Assembly: GCA_963827475.1 (NCBI GenBank) | Contig: CAWHAZ010000005.1 | Location: 480,001 to 544,000 of the forward strand | Direction of reading: 5' to 3' | Length of the DNA: 64,000 nt | From: an uncultured Chloroflexia bacterium | GTDB taxonomy: Bacteria; Chloroflexota; Limnocylindria; QHBO01 | In this document: positions 45,364 through 55,616 of the stretch, piece after piece | Position numbering within the stretch: the first letter of the stretch is position 1 | Layout: every line of letters begins with the position of its first letter | Notes under the pieces: generated by a model | What the model was told of the DNA's origin: nothing | Seen by the model: the letters and a program-made list of their open reading frames with translations, nothing else | The model's database searches: none | Position numbers and translations under genes: made by a program

Positions 45364-46727
45364 TGTTCGCCAAGGTCCTGATCGCCAATCGCGGTGAGAT
45401 CGCCGTCCGCATCCTGCGGACCTGCCGCGAGATGGGGATTCCGGCCGTCGTCGCCTTCAGCGAGCCGGACCGCGAGTCACTGGCCGTGCGGCTCGCTGAC
45501 GAGGCCATCTGCATCGGTCCGGCGGAGGCCCGGCGGTCGTACCTGAACCAGCCGGCGCTCATCAGCGCCGCGCTCATCACCGGCTGTGACGCCATCCACC
45601 CCGGCTACGGCTTCCTCTCTGAGGATGCGTCGTTCGCGGAAGCCTGCGCGGTCCACGATCTCGCCTTCATCGGTCCGCGGGCGCAGGTGCTGGAGCGGTT
45701 TGCCTCGAAGTACGCCGTGCGACGGATGCTGGCCGCCAACGGTCTCCCCACCGTGCCCGGCAGCACCGGGATCGTGGCCGACCTGCAGGACGCCCTGGTC
45801 CAGGCCGAGGCCGCCGGCTACCCGGTCCTCCTCAAGCCGTCGGCCGGTGGCGGCGGACGGGGCATGCGCCTCGTCCGCTCCCCGCGCGAGATGGAGACGC
45901 AGCTCCCGCTGGCGCGCTCCGAGGCCCGCGCCGCGTTCGGCGACGACTCGCTCTACTTCGAGCGTTGGATCGAGGACAACCGCCACGTGGAGGTCCAGGT
46001 CCTGATCGACAGCCACGGCAACGGGATCCACCTCGGCGAGCGGGACTGCTCGGTCCAGCGGCGGCACCAGAAGATCATCGAGGAGGGCCCATCGCCGGCC
46101 ATGGACCAGCCAGCCCGGGAGCGGCTCCGCGACCTCGCCATCCGCTCGGTGCGGGCCGCAGGCTACGAGAACGCGGGCACCCTGGAGTTCCTCCTCGACC
46201 GGGAGGGCAACTTCTACTTCATCGAGATCAACTGCCGGATCCAGGTCGAGCACCCGGTGACCGAGATGCTGACCGGGATCGACCTGGTCGCGGAGCAGAT
46301 CCGGATCGCGGCCGGCGAGCCGCTGACCATGACCCAGGAACAGGTCGCGCTGCGCGGCCACGCCATCGAGTTCCGGATCACGGCCGAGGACCCCCACGAC
46401 AACTTCGCGCCGCAGAGTGGGATGGTGTCGGAGGTGCAGCTGCCGGGAGGCGCCGGCGTGCGGGTCGACACCCATCTCTACCCCGGATACGAGATCCCGC
46501 CCTATTACGACTCGCTGCTGGCCAAGCTCATCGTGTGGGGTGAGGACCGCGCGGAGGCGTTGGCCCGTTCGCGACGGGCGCTGGCCGAGCTGCGGATCGA
46601 CGGCGTGAAGACGAACCTCCCCTTCCACCGGGCGATCGTCGACAATGCGGCCTTCGTGGACGCGGAGGTCAGCACCAGCCTGCTGGACCGCGTTGGACCC
46701 GCCGCCTTCGTCGGCGAGCCAGCCTGA
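45363..46727 (+). CDS. accC: Biotin carboxylase
   Basis: [38 protein letters not shown]. Confidence 0.96.
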   Translation: MFAKVLIANRGEIAVRILRTCREMGIPAVVAFSEPDRESLAVRLADEAICIGPAEARRSYLNQPALISAALITGCDAIHPGYGFLSEDASFAEACAVHDLAFIGPRAQVLERFASKYAVRRMLAANGLPTVPGSTGIVADLQDALVQAEAAGYPVLLKPSAGGGGRGMRLVRSPREMETQLPLARSEARAAFGDDSLYFERWIEDNRHVEVQVLIDSHGNGIHLGERDCSVQRRHQKIIEEGPSPAMDQPARERLRDLAIRSVRAAGYENAGTLEFLLDREGNFYFIEINCRIQVEHPVTEMLTGIDLVAEQIRIAAGEPLTMTQEQVALRGHAIEFRITAEDPHDNFAPQSGMVSEVQLPGGAGVRVDTHLYPGYEIPPYYDSLLAKLIVWGEDRAEALARSRRALAELRIDGVKTNLPFHRAIVDNAAFVDAEVSTSLLDRVGPAAFVGEPA

Positions 46728-46738
46728 GCGGAGGACCG

Positions 46739-47254
46739 ATGACGACCGATTCGCCCATCCCCGCCGCCCCGGACCCGAGCCTGCCGCCGCTCCCCTGGGA
46801 AGCGGCCACGATCATGCAGATCATCCCGCACCGCTACCCGTTTCTCCTCATCGACCGGGTGGTGGAGATCGATCCAGGCCGGCGGGTTGTCGCCATCCGC
46901 AACGTCACCGCCAACGAGCCCCAGTTCCGCGGCCACTTCCCCGACCGCCCGATCATGCCCGGCGTCCTGCTCGTGGAGTCCCTGGCCCAGGCGGGCTGCG
47001 TGGCCGTCCTGTCCACGCCCGAAAACCGCGGCAAGCTCGTCCTGTTCGGCGGCATCGACGAGTGCAAGTTCCGCCGCATCGTCGTCCCCGGCGACACGCT
47101 CCGCCTCGAGATCACCGTCGAGAAGCTCGGTCGCGTCTCCGGCCGCGCCCGGGCGGTGGCCTTGGTCGAGGGCGAGGTCGCCTGCGAGGCCTACCTGACG
47201 TTCATCATGCCCCGCGACCAGGATCTCGGCGGCAGCCGGGCGAGCGGTGGCTGA
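46739..47254 (+). CDS. fabZ: 3-hydroxyacyl-ACP dehydratase
   Basis: [25 protein letters not shown]. Confidence 0.95.
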   Translation: MTTDSPIPAAPDPSLPPLPWEAATIMQIIPHRYPFLLIDRVVEIDPGRRVVAIRNVTANEPQFRGHFPDRPIMPGVLLVESLAQAGCVAVLSTPENRGKLVLFGGIDECKFRRIVVPGDTLRLEITVEKLGRVSGRARAVALVEGEVACEAYLTFIMPRDQDLGGSRASGG

Positions 47255-48554
47255 CCGGGCACCAGCGCGCAGCTCCGCCGAGCGCGGGGAGCGCCGCGTG
47301 GTCATCACCGGCCTCGGGGCAGTCACGCCGCTCGGCAACGACGTGGCGACGTACTGGGACGGGCTGGTGGCCGGACGCAGCGGGATCGACCGGATCGCGA
47401 GCTTCGACCCGAGCGGCGTTCCCTCCCAGGTGGGCGGCGAGATCAAGGGCTTCGAGGCGGAGCAGTACATGGATCGCAAGGACGTCCGCCGCAACGACCG
47501 GTACGTCCACTACGCGTGGGCCGCGGCCGCGCAGGCCCTCGCCGACGCCGGCCTGCCGAACCCGATCACCGAGGACGCGGAGGCGGAGCGGGCGGGAGCG
47601 ATCGTCGCCACCGGCATCGGCGGCGTGACCTCGCTCGTGCGGGACGCCCAGGCTGCCCTGACCGAGGGCTACGACCGGGTCAGCCCGTTCAGCATCCTGA
47701 ACATGATCCCGGACACCGCCGCGGGGCACGTGGCCATCGCCGCCAACCTCCGCGGCCCGAACTACGCCACCGTCAGCGCCTGCGCCTCCTCGAACCATGG
47801 CATCGGGGAGGCGGCCGGCATCATCCGCCGCGGTGACGCGGACGTGATGGTGGCCGGCGGATCGGAGGCCGCCATCTGCGAGATGGTGGTGGCGGCGTTC
47901 TGTGCCATGCGGGCCCTGTCCACCAAGCGCAACGACGACCCGCAGCGTGCCTCGCGGCCGTTCGACGTGGATCGCGACGGCTTCGTCATCGCGGACGGTG
48001 CCGGGATGATCGTGCTGGAGGAGCTCGAGCACGCCCGCGCCCGCGGCGCCCGAATTCGCGGCGAGTTCATCGGCTACGGCGCCTCGGACGACGCGTCCCA
48101 TGTAACGCTCCCCGCGCCCGGCGGTCGGGGGGCGGTCGCCAGCATGCGCATCGCGCTGGCCGACGCGGGCCTTGAGCCCGCCGAGCTGTCCTACATCAAC
48201 GCTCACGGGACCTCGACCCCGCCCAACGACCCGGCCGAGACGACCGCCATCAAGACCGTTTTCGGCGAGGACGCGTACCGCATCCCGGTCAGCAGCACGA
48301 AATCGATGACCGGCCACCTCATGGGCGCGGGCGGCGGCATCGAGGCCGTGGCCTGCGTCCGCGCCCTCGAGACGGGCACCCTGCCCCCGACCATCAACCA
48401 CGAGCAGCCCGACCCCGAGTGCGACCTCGACTATGTCCCGAACGTCGCCCGCGAGGTCCCGATCGAGACGGCGATGAGCAACGCCTTCGGCTTCGGTGGC
48501 CACAACGCCACGCTCGTCTTCCGCCGCTGGGCCAACGGCCAGGCGGAACGCTGA
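47247..48554 (+). CDS. fabF: Beta-ketoacyl-ACP synthase II
   Basis: [29 protein letters not shown]. Confidence 0.95.
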   Translation: MADRAPARSSAERGERRVVITGLGAVTPLGNDVATYWDGLVAGRSGIDRIASFDPSGVPSQVGGEIKGFEAEQYMDRKDVRRNDRYVHYAWAAAAQALADAGLPNPITEDAEAERAGAIVATGIGGVTSLVRDAQAALTEGYDRVSPFSILNMIPDTAAGHVAIAANLRGPNYATVSACASSNHGIGEAAGIIRRGDADVMVAGGSEAAICEMVVAAFCAMRALSTKRNDDPQRASRPFDVDRDGFVIADGAGMIVLEELEHARARGARIRGEFIGYGASDDASHVTLPAPGGRGAVASMRIALADAGLEPAELSYINAHGTSTPPNDPAETTAIKTVFGEDAYRIPVSSTKSMTGHLMGAGGGIEAVACVRALETGTLPPTINHEQPDPECDLDYVPNVAREVPIETAMSNAFGFGGHNATLVFRRWANGQAER

Positions 48555-48557
48555 CCA

Positions 48558-48987
48558 ATGGCGGACGACCCCATCCTCAAGGCTGTTGACGCCCTGACCG
48601 GCCCCTTTCTGGAGAGCGGCCTCGAGGAGCTCGAGGTGGAGAGTGGTGGCATCACCGTCCGACTGGCGCGTCCCCGGGCGCCGGCCCCCGCGGCACCGAC
48701 CGGCTCATCGGCGCTCGGGAACCCCGTATGGCGAACCCGCGGCCGGGCATCGGTTCATCACCGCCCCGCTGACTGGGGTCTGGTACACCGCTCCGTCCCC
48801 CGGGGCGCGGGCCTACCTCCAGCTGAACGGGGAGGTGGCCGCCGGCCAGGTGGTCGGGCTGATCGAGGCCATGAAGCTGTTCAACGAGATCAAGTCCGAC
48901 GTGGCCGGGACCGTGAGCCGCATCCTGGCCGACAATGGGGCGCTGGTGAAGCGCCAGCAGCCGTTGTACGAGGTGCGCCTGGCATGA
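48558..48987 (+). CDS. accB: Canonical biotin carboxyl carrier protein (frameshift near 48725)
   Basis: ESGLEELEVE N-terminus; ITAPLTGVWYTAPSP, IEAMKLFNEIKSD. Confidence 0.9.
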
Positions 48988-50060
48988 CCCCGACCCGAGC
49001 CGTGATCAGCGGGTGGGGGATGTACGCCCCCGAACGGGTCATGACCAACGAGGACCTGTCGAAGATCGTCGACACCACCGACGAGTGGATCCGGACCCGG
49101 ACCGGGATCCGCGAGCGGCGGATCGCGGCCGAGGGCGAGACGACGGCCACCCTCTCCACCCTGGCGGCCCGCGACGCGCTGGCGGTGGCGGGCGTGGACG
49201 CGGCCGACGTGGATCTCGTGATCGTGGCGACGGCGAGCCCCGATTACCTCATGCCCGCCACTGGCGTCCTCGTCGCGCGCGACCTCGGCGCCACCCGCGC
49301 CGCCGGTTTCGACCTCAACGCCGCCTGTTCCGGCTTCGTGTTCGGCCTCGCCGCCGGGGCGAGCTTCGTGACCAGCGGCATGTACCGCCAGGTCCTGGTC
49401 GTGGGCGTCGACCTGCTGAGCCGCTACCTGGATTGGACCGACCGCAACACCTGCGTCCTGTTCGGCGACGGGGCGGGAGCCGTCCTGCTGTCCGCGTCCG
49501 AGGGGCCGGGCGGGCTGCTCGGCGTCCAGCTGTACAGCGACGGGACCGGGGAGCAGGGGATCATCATCCCCGGCGGCGGGACCGCCCACCCCGCGACGGA
49601 GGAGACCGTGCGCGACCGGCTGCACTTCATGCGGATGGCCGGCAAGGAGGTCTACCGCTACGCCACCCGGCAGCTGGCCGAGACCACCCAGGCCGCCGTT
49701 CGAGAGGCCGGCCTGCGGATGACCGATGTCGACCTGTTCCTCTACCACCAGGCCAACCTGCGGATCCTCGAGACGGTCCGCGACCTGCTCGGCATCCCGT
49801 CCGAGAAGGTGTTCGTCAACCTCGACCGATACGGAAACACCTCGGCCGCCTCCGTCCCCATGGCACTCGCCGAAGCGGTGGCGACCGGCCGGGTGCAGGT
49901 CGGGGACCGACTTCTGATGGGGGCATTCGGCGCGGGCTACACCGCCGGCGCGGCGGTCGTGGAGTGGACGGCGGACCCATCGCGCTTCGCGCTGGCGCCC
50001 GGCGAGCAGACGCGCGCCGGCCAGCCCCGACGCGAGCCGGTCGGCGCTGGGGTCGACTGA
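48984..50060 (+). CDS. fabH: Beta-ketoacyl-ACP synthase III
   Basis: AACSGF, LFGDGAGA, HQANLRI, GNTSAAS. Confidence 0.95.
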   Translation: MTPTRAVISGWGMYAPERVMTNEDLSKIVDTTDEWIRTRTGIRERRIAAEGETTATLSTLAARDALAVAGVDAADVDLVIVATASPDYLMPATGVLVARDLGATRAAGFDLNAACSGFVFGLAAGASFVTSGMYRQVLVVGVDLLSRYLDWTDRNTCVLFGDGAGAVLLSASEGPGGLLGVQLYSDGTGEQGIIIPGGGTAHPATEETVRDRLHFMRMAGKEVYRYATRQLAETTQAAVREAGLRMTDVDLFLYHQANLRILETVRDLLGIPSEKVFVNLDRYGNTSAASVPMALAEAVATGRVQVGDRLLMGAFGAGYTAGAAVVEWTADPSRFALAPGEQTRAGQPRREPVGAGVD

Positions 50061-50815
50061 TGTTCGATCTGACCGGCCGGGCGGCACTGGTCACCGGCGC
50101 GAGCCGGGGAATCGGCCGCGCGATCGCGCTCGCCTTCGCCCACCAGGGGGCGGACGTGGCGGTGAACTACCGCGAGAACGCCGCCGCCGCCGAGGAGGTG
50201 GTCGAAGAGATCACGAGCCTCGGCCGACGAGCGATCGCCGTCCAGGGCAGCACGGCGGAAGGCCGGGAGGCCTGCGAGGCCATCGTCAAGGCGGCTCTCG
50301 ACGCATTCGAGAAGGTCGACATCCTCGTCAACAACGCCGGGATCACCCGTGACGACCTCATCATGCGGATGGACGCCGAGGCATGGGAAGCGGTCATCGA
50401 CACCAACCTGTCCGGGCCGTTCTGGATGACCCGCGCCGTCGCCCGACCGATGATGAAGGCCCGGCACGGGCGGATCATCAACATGTCCTCGGTCGCCGGT
50501 CGGATTGGAAACGCCGGCCAGGCGAACTACGCCTCGGCCAAGGCCGGGCTCATCGGTCTGACCAAGACCACCGCGCGTGAGCTCGCCAGCCGGAACATTA
50601 CCTGCAACGCCATCGCCCCCGGCTTCGTGGACACGGAGATCCTGGCCACCATGCCGGCCGGGGCGCTGGATGCGCTCCTCCAGCTCACACCGTTGGGGGA
50701 GATCGGGAAGGTGGAGGACGTGGCCGCCGCCGCGGTCTACCTCGCCAGCGACGAGGCCCGGTACGTCACCGGCCAGGTGCTCGGCGTGGACGGCGGCCTC
50801 GCGATGGGCAGCTGA
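50060..50815 (+). CDS. fabG: 3-oxoacyl-ACP reductase
   Basis: TGASRGIG, NNAGITRD, NYASAK, VDGG. Confidence 0.95.
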   Translation: MFDLTGRAALVTGASRGIGRAIALAFAHQGADVAVNYRENAAAAEEVVEEITSLGRRAIAVQGSTAEGREACEAIVKAALDAFEKVDILVNNAGITRDDLIMRMDAEAWEAVIDTNLSGPFWMTRAVARPMMKARHGRIINMSSVAGRIGNAGQANYASAKAGLIGLTKTTARELASRNITCNAIAPGFVDTEILATMPAGALDALLQLTPLGEIGKVEDVAAAAVYLASDEARYVTGQVLGVDGGLAMGS

Positions 50816-50857
50816 CCCCAGCTGCAGGCAGTTGAGGCAGAGAGTAGGAGGGTTCCC

Positions 50858-51439
50858 ATGCTCGGTCCGGAGGTCCTGATCGGTCTGCGCTGGATCCACT
50901 TCGTGGCCGGCATCACCTGGATCGGTCTGCTGTACTGGTTCAACCTGGTCAACGTCCCGTTCCAGCGCGTGCTCGACCCGTCGCTCAAGGGCCAGGTCAA
51001 CCCGCCCCTGTTCACCCGGGCCCTGGCTTGGTTCCGCTGGTCGGCGGTGGTCACCGTGGCCGCGGGGCTGCTGCTGATCTACGGCCTGTACTGGCAGGAC
51101 GGCGACATCTTCGGCTCGAACACCGAGAAGACGATCTTCGCCGGTGGTCTCCTCGGGATCATCATGCTGGCCAACGTCTGGATGTTCATCTGGCCGAGCC
51201 AGCGTCGGGTGCTGGCCGCCATGGCCGCCGGCGAGGCGCCGAACCCGGCCTGGCCGCGCCGGGCGCTGATCGCCTCACGAGCGAACTTCGCCCTGTCGTT
51301 CCCGATGCTGTTCTTCATGGCCGGCTCGAGCCACTACCCGCTGGACTGGCCCGGCATCCTCTTGGTGGGCACCATCCTGGCCGCGCTCGGCGCGATCGTG
51401 GTCCTGACCGTGCAGAAGTACCAGGCGGCTCGGTTCTAG
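50858..51439 (+). CDS. Membrane protein, PuuD/urate oxidase N-terminal-like, without a cytochrome c domain
   Basis: RWIHFVAGITWIG, WFRWSA, IMLANVWMFIWPSQR, SRAN. Confidence 0.75.
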   Translation: MLGPEVLIGLRWIHFVAGITWIGLLYWFNLVNVPFQRVLDPSLKGQVNPPLFTRALAWFRWSAVVTVAAGLLLIYGLYWQDGDIFGSNTEKTIFAGGLLGIIMLANVWMFIWPSQRRVLAAMAAGEAPNPAWPRRALIASRANFALSFPMLFFMAGSSHYPLDWPGILLVGTILAALGAIVVLTVQKYQAARF

Positions 51440-51454
51440 CCGCCTGGTACCCCG

Positions 51455-52636
51455 TTACTCGGTGAAGGCGAAGGTGCTCATGAAGGCGTCGAATCGGTCC
51501 TGGACCAGCGACTCCTCGCCCGGTGCCGCGATCGTGGCCAGCTGGACCTCGTATCCGTACGCGCCATAGAACAGGGGAAGGTGAAGCAGGAGGCTGTTCA
51601 CGTCGGCGTACGCGTTTCGGTACGCCACGAGGGTGCCCGTCACCGAACCCACGCCGTACGGCTGGCTGCCCGACTGGACCGCCCCGAGGGATGCCATCGT
51701 CGCGTTGGACGCCGCGGAGAACGCGTCCTGTGATGCGTGCTCCGGAGCCGGGTCCGAAAGGCTGACGGAGAACAGCTCCGAGCCATCCGGCGCGCTGAAC
51801 AGCAGCGTGCCGAAGGCAGCCTCCGAGGTCCACCCATCCGGGTAGGCGACGGTGAACGGCGCGTCAGCCGCGTCCCACTGGATCCAGACCTCGTCCGGAA
51901 CCTCGATCGCGACCGGGGAGCCAAGGTCGGTGAACTCGAAGTCGAGCGCGATCTCAGCTTCGGCGAGAGTTCCGCCTTCCAGGCCCTGGGTCCAGGTCAT
52001 CCCGATCGAAAATCCGGCGGGCGTTCCGTCCGGCTCCGCGAAGAAGGCCATCGACATCACGGCATCGGCCATGGTCGGATCGGTGAATCCGAGCGCGGCC
52101 GGATCCAGGTCGATGGGATCGGTCGGCGTCAGCTCGCGGACGGTTCGGCCGAAGTGCTGGACGGGTCCCGCATCCTCCAGGCTCTCCACGCCGCCGAGCG
52201 CCTTGGTCAGGCTCCCCCCGTCTTCGGCGTCCGGCTCGGCCATGGCCAGGACATACGGTCCGCCATCGGTGCTGGTGTAGGTCGCGTCGCCGATGGAGAT
52301 CTCGTCTGTCTGCTGGATCGTCCCGGCGACGTCCACCGCCAGAGATGAAGACGAATCGCCGCCGGAGAACCGGGCTTCGCCCTCGATCGTGCCGTCGACC
52401 GTGACCCCTTCGGTCTTCACCGAAATGGTGCCGGTGACTTCGGTCGTGCCCTCGAGATCGGGGCTCGTGATCTGGGTCACGAAGACCGTCGCCACGTCCG
52501 GGGTCGCTTCCGGCGTGGCTGCGAGACTTGGGCTGGGAGTCGACGTCACAGACGCGCAGCCAGCCAGGATTGTGGTGAACAGGAGCGCGACCCCCAGGGC
52601 CGCCGTTGATCGTGTGCTCAAGCGCCGCATTGCCAT
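51455..52636 (-). CDS. Hypothetical two-domain lipoprotein
   Basis: GGAGGA RBS, lipobox LAGC, beta-rich acidic domains, FTVAYPDGW. Confidence 0.72.
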   Translation of the reverse strand: MAMRRLSTRSTAALGVALLFTTILAGCASVTSTPSPSLAATPEATPDVATVFVTQITSPDLEGTTEVTGTISVKTEGVTVDGTIEGEARFSGGDSSSSLAVDVAGTIQQTDEISIGDATYTSTDGGPYVLAMAEPDAEDGGSLTKALGGVESLEDAGPVQHFGRTVRELTPTDPIDLDPAALGFTDPTMADAVMSMAFFAEPDGTPAGFSIGMTWTQGLEGGTLAEAEIALDFEFTDLGSPVAIEVPDEVWIQWDAADAPFTVAYPDGWTSEAAFGTLLFSAPDGSELFSVSLSDPAPEHASQDAFSAASNATMASLGAVQSGSQPYGVGSVTGTLVAYRNAYADVNSLLLHLPLFYGAYGYEVQLATIAAPGEESLVQDRFDAFMSTFAFTE

Positions 52637-52808
52637 GGTCCTCCGTTGCGCCGGACGAAGCCGAATGGCGACGTTCCTGCGCGTTTTGAAGCACCGTAGA
52701 GGGCGCGAACTGCGGTCAGACTGCGGCCGCTCGGTTCTGATTCGTTTCTGAAACCCTGCGGCCGGGGATGACAATGCGCTGATCGTTGCCCGGGGGGAGA
52801 ATCGGCAC

Positions 52809-53234
52809 ATGTTGAGCATTCGCCGTCTGATTCACCCCACCCGCATCGTGCATGCCCACTGCGACCTGCCGTGCGGCATCTACGACCCCGACCAGGCCCG
52901 GATCGAGGCCGAATCGTGCATTCGGATCCTCGAGAAGTACGCCGACAGTGACGATCCGCACTTCAAGGCCCGCTGCGTGCACATCAAGGAGGAGCGCGCG
53001 GACCTGGTGATCGGCCACCTCGACTGCCTGTGGCACGACTACTTCAAGCCGAACCACGTCGAGAAGTTCCCGGACCTGCACGACACGTTCTGGATGGCCG
53101 CCAAGCAGGCGTCCACGGTCAAGGGCTCCCACGACGTCGAGGAGGCCAAGAAGCTGCTGGCCATGATCAACCGCATCGGCGAGATGTGGGAGGCCACCGG
53201 GGGCCCGGAGAAGACCCGGATCACGCAGCAGTGA
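52809..53234 (+). CDS. sodN: Nickel superoxide dismutase precursor
   Basis: Propeptide followed by the Ni-hook HCDLPCGIYDP. Confidence 0.96.
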   Translation: MLSIRRLIHPTRIVHAHCDLPCGIYDPDQARIEAESCIRILEKYADSDDPHFKARCVHIKEERADLVIGHLDCLWHDYFKPNHVEKFPDLHDTFWMAAKQASTVKGSHDVEEAKKLLAMINRIGEMWEATGGPEKTRITQQ

Positions 53235-53689
53235 CGGCCCCGGTACCGAACCGCCCCGCCTGGCTGGTCGCCGGCGGCACGGCCGCCGCGGTGGCCGCCG
53301 CCACGGCCGTCGCGTTCGCCGGCTGGCGGGTCCTGCGCAATCTCGACGCGGTCGAAGTCAGCGGACGGTCGATGACCCCGACCCTGGAGCCGGGGGACCG
53401 GCTGCTGGTCGAGACCTGGACCTATCGCCGCCGCTCGCCACAGGTCGGCGAGGTGGTCGTCGCGCCGGACCCGCGTGAACCCACCCGCGAGCTCGTCAAG
53501 CGGGTTGCCGCGGTGGAGGACGGGCAGGTCACGCTCAGGGGCGACTCGGCGAAGAGCACGGACTCTCGTCGGTTCGGTTCGGTCCCGGTTGCCGACGTCC
53601 GCGCCCGGGCGGCGATCCGCTACTGGCCCGTGCAGCGCGCCGGGCGGATTCCGCCCTCCGACGTGGAGATGGACCCGCTCAGCGACTGA
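53231..53689 (+). CDS. sodX: Ni-SOD maturation protease (S26 family)
   Basis: GRSMTPTL, LVKR, GD...STDSR; GTGA overlap with sodN. Confidence 0.9.
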   Translation: MTAPVPNRPAWLVAGGTAAAVAAATAVAFAGWRVLRNLDAVEVSGRSMTPTLEPGDRLLVETWTYRRRSPQVGEVVVAPDPREPTRELVKRVAAVEDGQVTLRGDSAKSTDSRRFGSVPVADVRARAAIRYWPVQRAGRIPPSDVEMDPLSD

Positions 53690-54068
53690 GGGAGGCGACC
53701 GCCTCCGCGCACGCCGGACCGGCCGCCGGCAGGATCACCACGCTCACGCCGGCCTCGGCTCCGACCAGCCACTCCCCGCCAGGCCCGGGACGGACCGCGA
53801 TCCGCGCCCCGGGCGCACGCTCCCGGACGAAGTCGGCCACCGGCCCCAACCCGGCATCCCCGAACTCGGGTCGGATGGCGCCCGTGTCGATCACGACCAC
53901 GTTCGGCGTGCGCAGCACGACGGCCTGGTGCAGGCGGGCCGCATCGTTGAAGAAGAAGGCCAGGGCCCCGTCCAGGCGGCCGTCGATGGACTCGGCGAGC
54001 TCACGGTCGCGGGTCAGGCAGTACACGACGGGCTCGCGCGGACCTGGCGACCGGACGGGTGTGCCCAC
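53679..54068 (-). CDS. Hypothetical protein with a degenerate receiver-like fold
   Basis: Alternating beta/alpha pattern, PNVVVID; TACGCT -10 lies 6 nt before the GTG. Confidence 0.55.
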   Translation of the reverse strand: MGTPVRSPGPREPVVYCLTRDRELAESIDGRLDGALAFFFNDAARLHQAVVLRTPNVVVIDTGAIRPEFGDAGLGPVADFVRERAPGARIAVRPGPGGEWLVGAEAGVSVVILPAAGPACAEAVASLSR

Positions 54069-54091
54069 CGGCAGAGCGTATCATCGGCCTC

Positions 54092-55072
54092 GTGGCCCGC
54101 ACCTCCGTGGCACCTCGATCGGCCTCCAAGCCCGCCCGTCGCTCGGCCCGCCTGAGCGCCCCGCGCCACCAGGCGCTCGGCAACCTGCTCGGCCGCGTCT
54201 GGGCCGTCGACCAGGTCGGGATCGAGGAGCGCGCGGCGATGCTCGCCAAGCGCTCGATCAAGCGCGAGTCGAAGCTGTGGGCCCTCGACCTGGCGATCCG
54301 GATGATGGACCTCACCACCCTGGAGGGGAAGGACACGGTGGGCAAGGTCCGGGCCCTGGCCGGCAAGGCGGTCCGCCCCGACCCGACCGATCCCACCATC
54401 CCGTCGGTCGCCGCGCTGTGCGTCTACCCGAACATGATCGCGACCGCCAAGAAAGCACTCGCCGGCTCATCGGTCAAGGTCGCCTCGGTGGCGACCTACT
54501 TCCCATCGGGCCAGACCGCGCTCGAGGTGAAGCTGGAGGACGTGCGCCTGGCGGTCGCCGCGGGCGCGGACGAGATCGACATGGTCATCGACCGTGGCGC
54601 GTACCTCGCCGGCGACTACGGGAAGGTGTACGACGAGATCGTGGCCGTGAAGCAGGCCGCTGGTCCGGCCCACCTGAAGGTCATCCTGGAGACCGGGGAG
54701 CTGGAGACGTACGACAACGTGCGGCGGGCATCGGTCCTGGCCATGGCCGCCGGAGCGGACTTCATCAAGACCTCCACCGGCAAGGTCCAGCCCGCGTCCA
54801 CCCTGCCGGTGACCCTCGTCATGCTGGAGGCCATCCGCGACTTCCACGCCCAGACCGGTCGCGCGGTCGGCATGAAGCCCGCCGGCGGGATCCGCACCTC
54901 GCGCGAGGCCATCTCCTACCTGACCGTCCTGTACGAGACGCTCGGGCCGGCCTGGATGACGCCGGACCGATTCCGATTCGGGGCCTCCACCCTGCTCAAC
55001 GACGTCCTGATGCAGATCCGCAAGGAGCGCACCGGCCGCTACAGCGGCGGCGACTACTTCACGATCGACTGA
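54092..55072 (+). CDS. deoC: Deoxyribose-phosphate aldolase
   Basis: DLTTLEG, GADEIDMVI, KVILETGEL, FIKTSTGK, KPAGGIR, RFGAS. Confidence 0.95.
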   Translation: MARTSVAPRSASKPARRSARLSAPRHQALGNLLGRVWAVDQVGIEERAAMLAKRSIKRESKLWALDLAIRMMDLTTLEGKDTVGKVRALAGKAVRPDPTDPTIPSVAALCVYPNMIATAKKALAGSSVKVASVATYFPSGQTALEVKLEDVRLAVAAGADEIDMVIDRGAYLAGDYGKVYDEIVAVKQAAGPAHLKVILETGELETYDNVRRASVLAMAAGADFIKTSTGKVQPASTLPVTLVMLEAIRDFHAQTGRAVGMKPAGGIRTSREAISYLTVLYETLGPAWMTPDRFRFGASTLLNDVLMQIRKERTGRYSGGDYFTID

Positions 55073-55544
55073 GGTCGACGTCGGACTCGACGAGCCGGCG
55101 CAGCGTGCCGACGAGGTGACGGGTCGGAGAGGTCACCTCCAGTGTGGTCATCTCGACGGCGTAGGTCAGCTTGTCCGCCTTGAGCCGATAGGTCCGCCGG
55201 ATGGCGACCAGCGGTGGGCCATTCGCCGCTCGACCGACCGTTGTCGAAGCCAGCACGACCACTCCGTTGCTGATCGTTCCCTCCGAGACTTCCGCGGTCC
55301 GCGGCTGCGCAATGGTCGCCGCAAGGGTCCCGTCCGGTGTCGTGCGCCACATCCCGGCCTCGGCGTGGAGGACCTCACCGCTGCCCGGATCCCAGCCGCG
55401 CTGGATGTACAGCAGATCCCGGCTCCCGATGTCCACGAACTGGATCTCCTCGTCGTACTGGAACGTGGCCATGCTCGGGAACTCGCCAGTCCCGCTGCCG
55501 CGCCAGGTGCCGAGCAGCTGGATGAGGAGCGGTTCGACGGCCAT
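55059..55544 (-). CDS. Nitrobindin/THAP4-like (FABP-like) beta-barrel protein
   Basis: LLGTWRGSGTG, YDEEI, HAEAGMWR, C-terminal HLVGTL. Confidence 0.82.
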   Translation of the reverse strand: MAVEPLLIQLLGTWRGSGTGEFPSMATFQYDEEIQFVDIGSRDLLYIQRGWDPGSGEVLHAEAGMWRTTPDGTLAATIAQPRTAEVSEGTISNGVVVLASTTVGRAANGPPLVAIRRTYRLKADKLTYAVEMTTLEVTSPTRHLVGTLRRLVESDVDLSRS

Positions 55545-55616
55545 GTCCGAAGCCTAGCAGCGCCGTACCCTTCCTCGGTGCCTCACGAATCGGGCGCGCG
55601 CGGCGTTTCACGACGT

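Noticed and set aside
48558-50060. Apparent AccB N-terminus fused to FabH
   Set aside because: Explained by one extra C near 48725; fabH has its own ATG at 48984 overlapping the accB stop
52700-52808. Nickel-responsive operator or riboswitch upstream of sodN
   Set aside because: An AT-richer patch is present, but I cannot match a Nur/NikR palindrome or a NiCo structure
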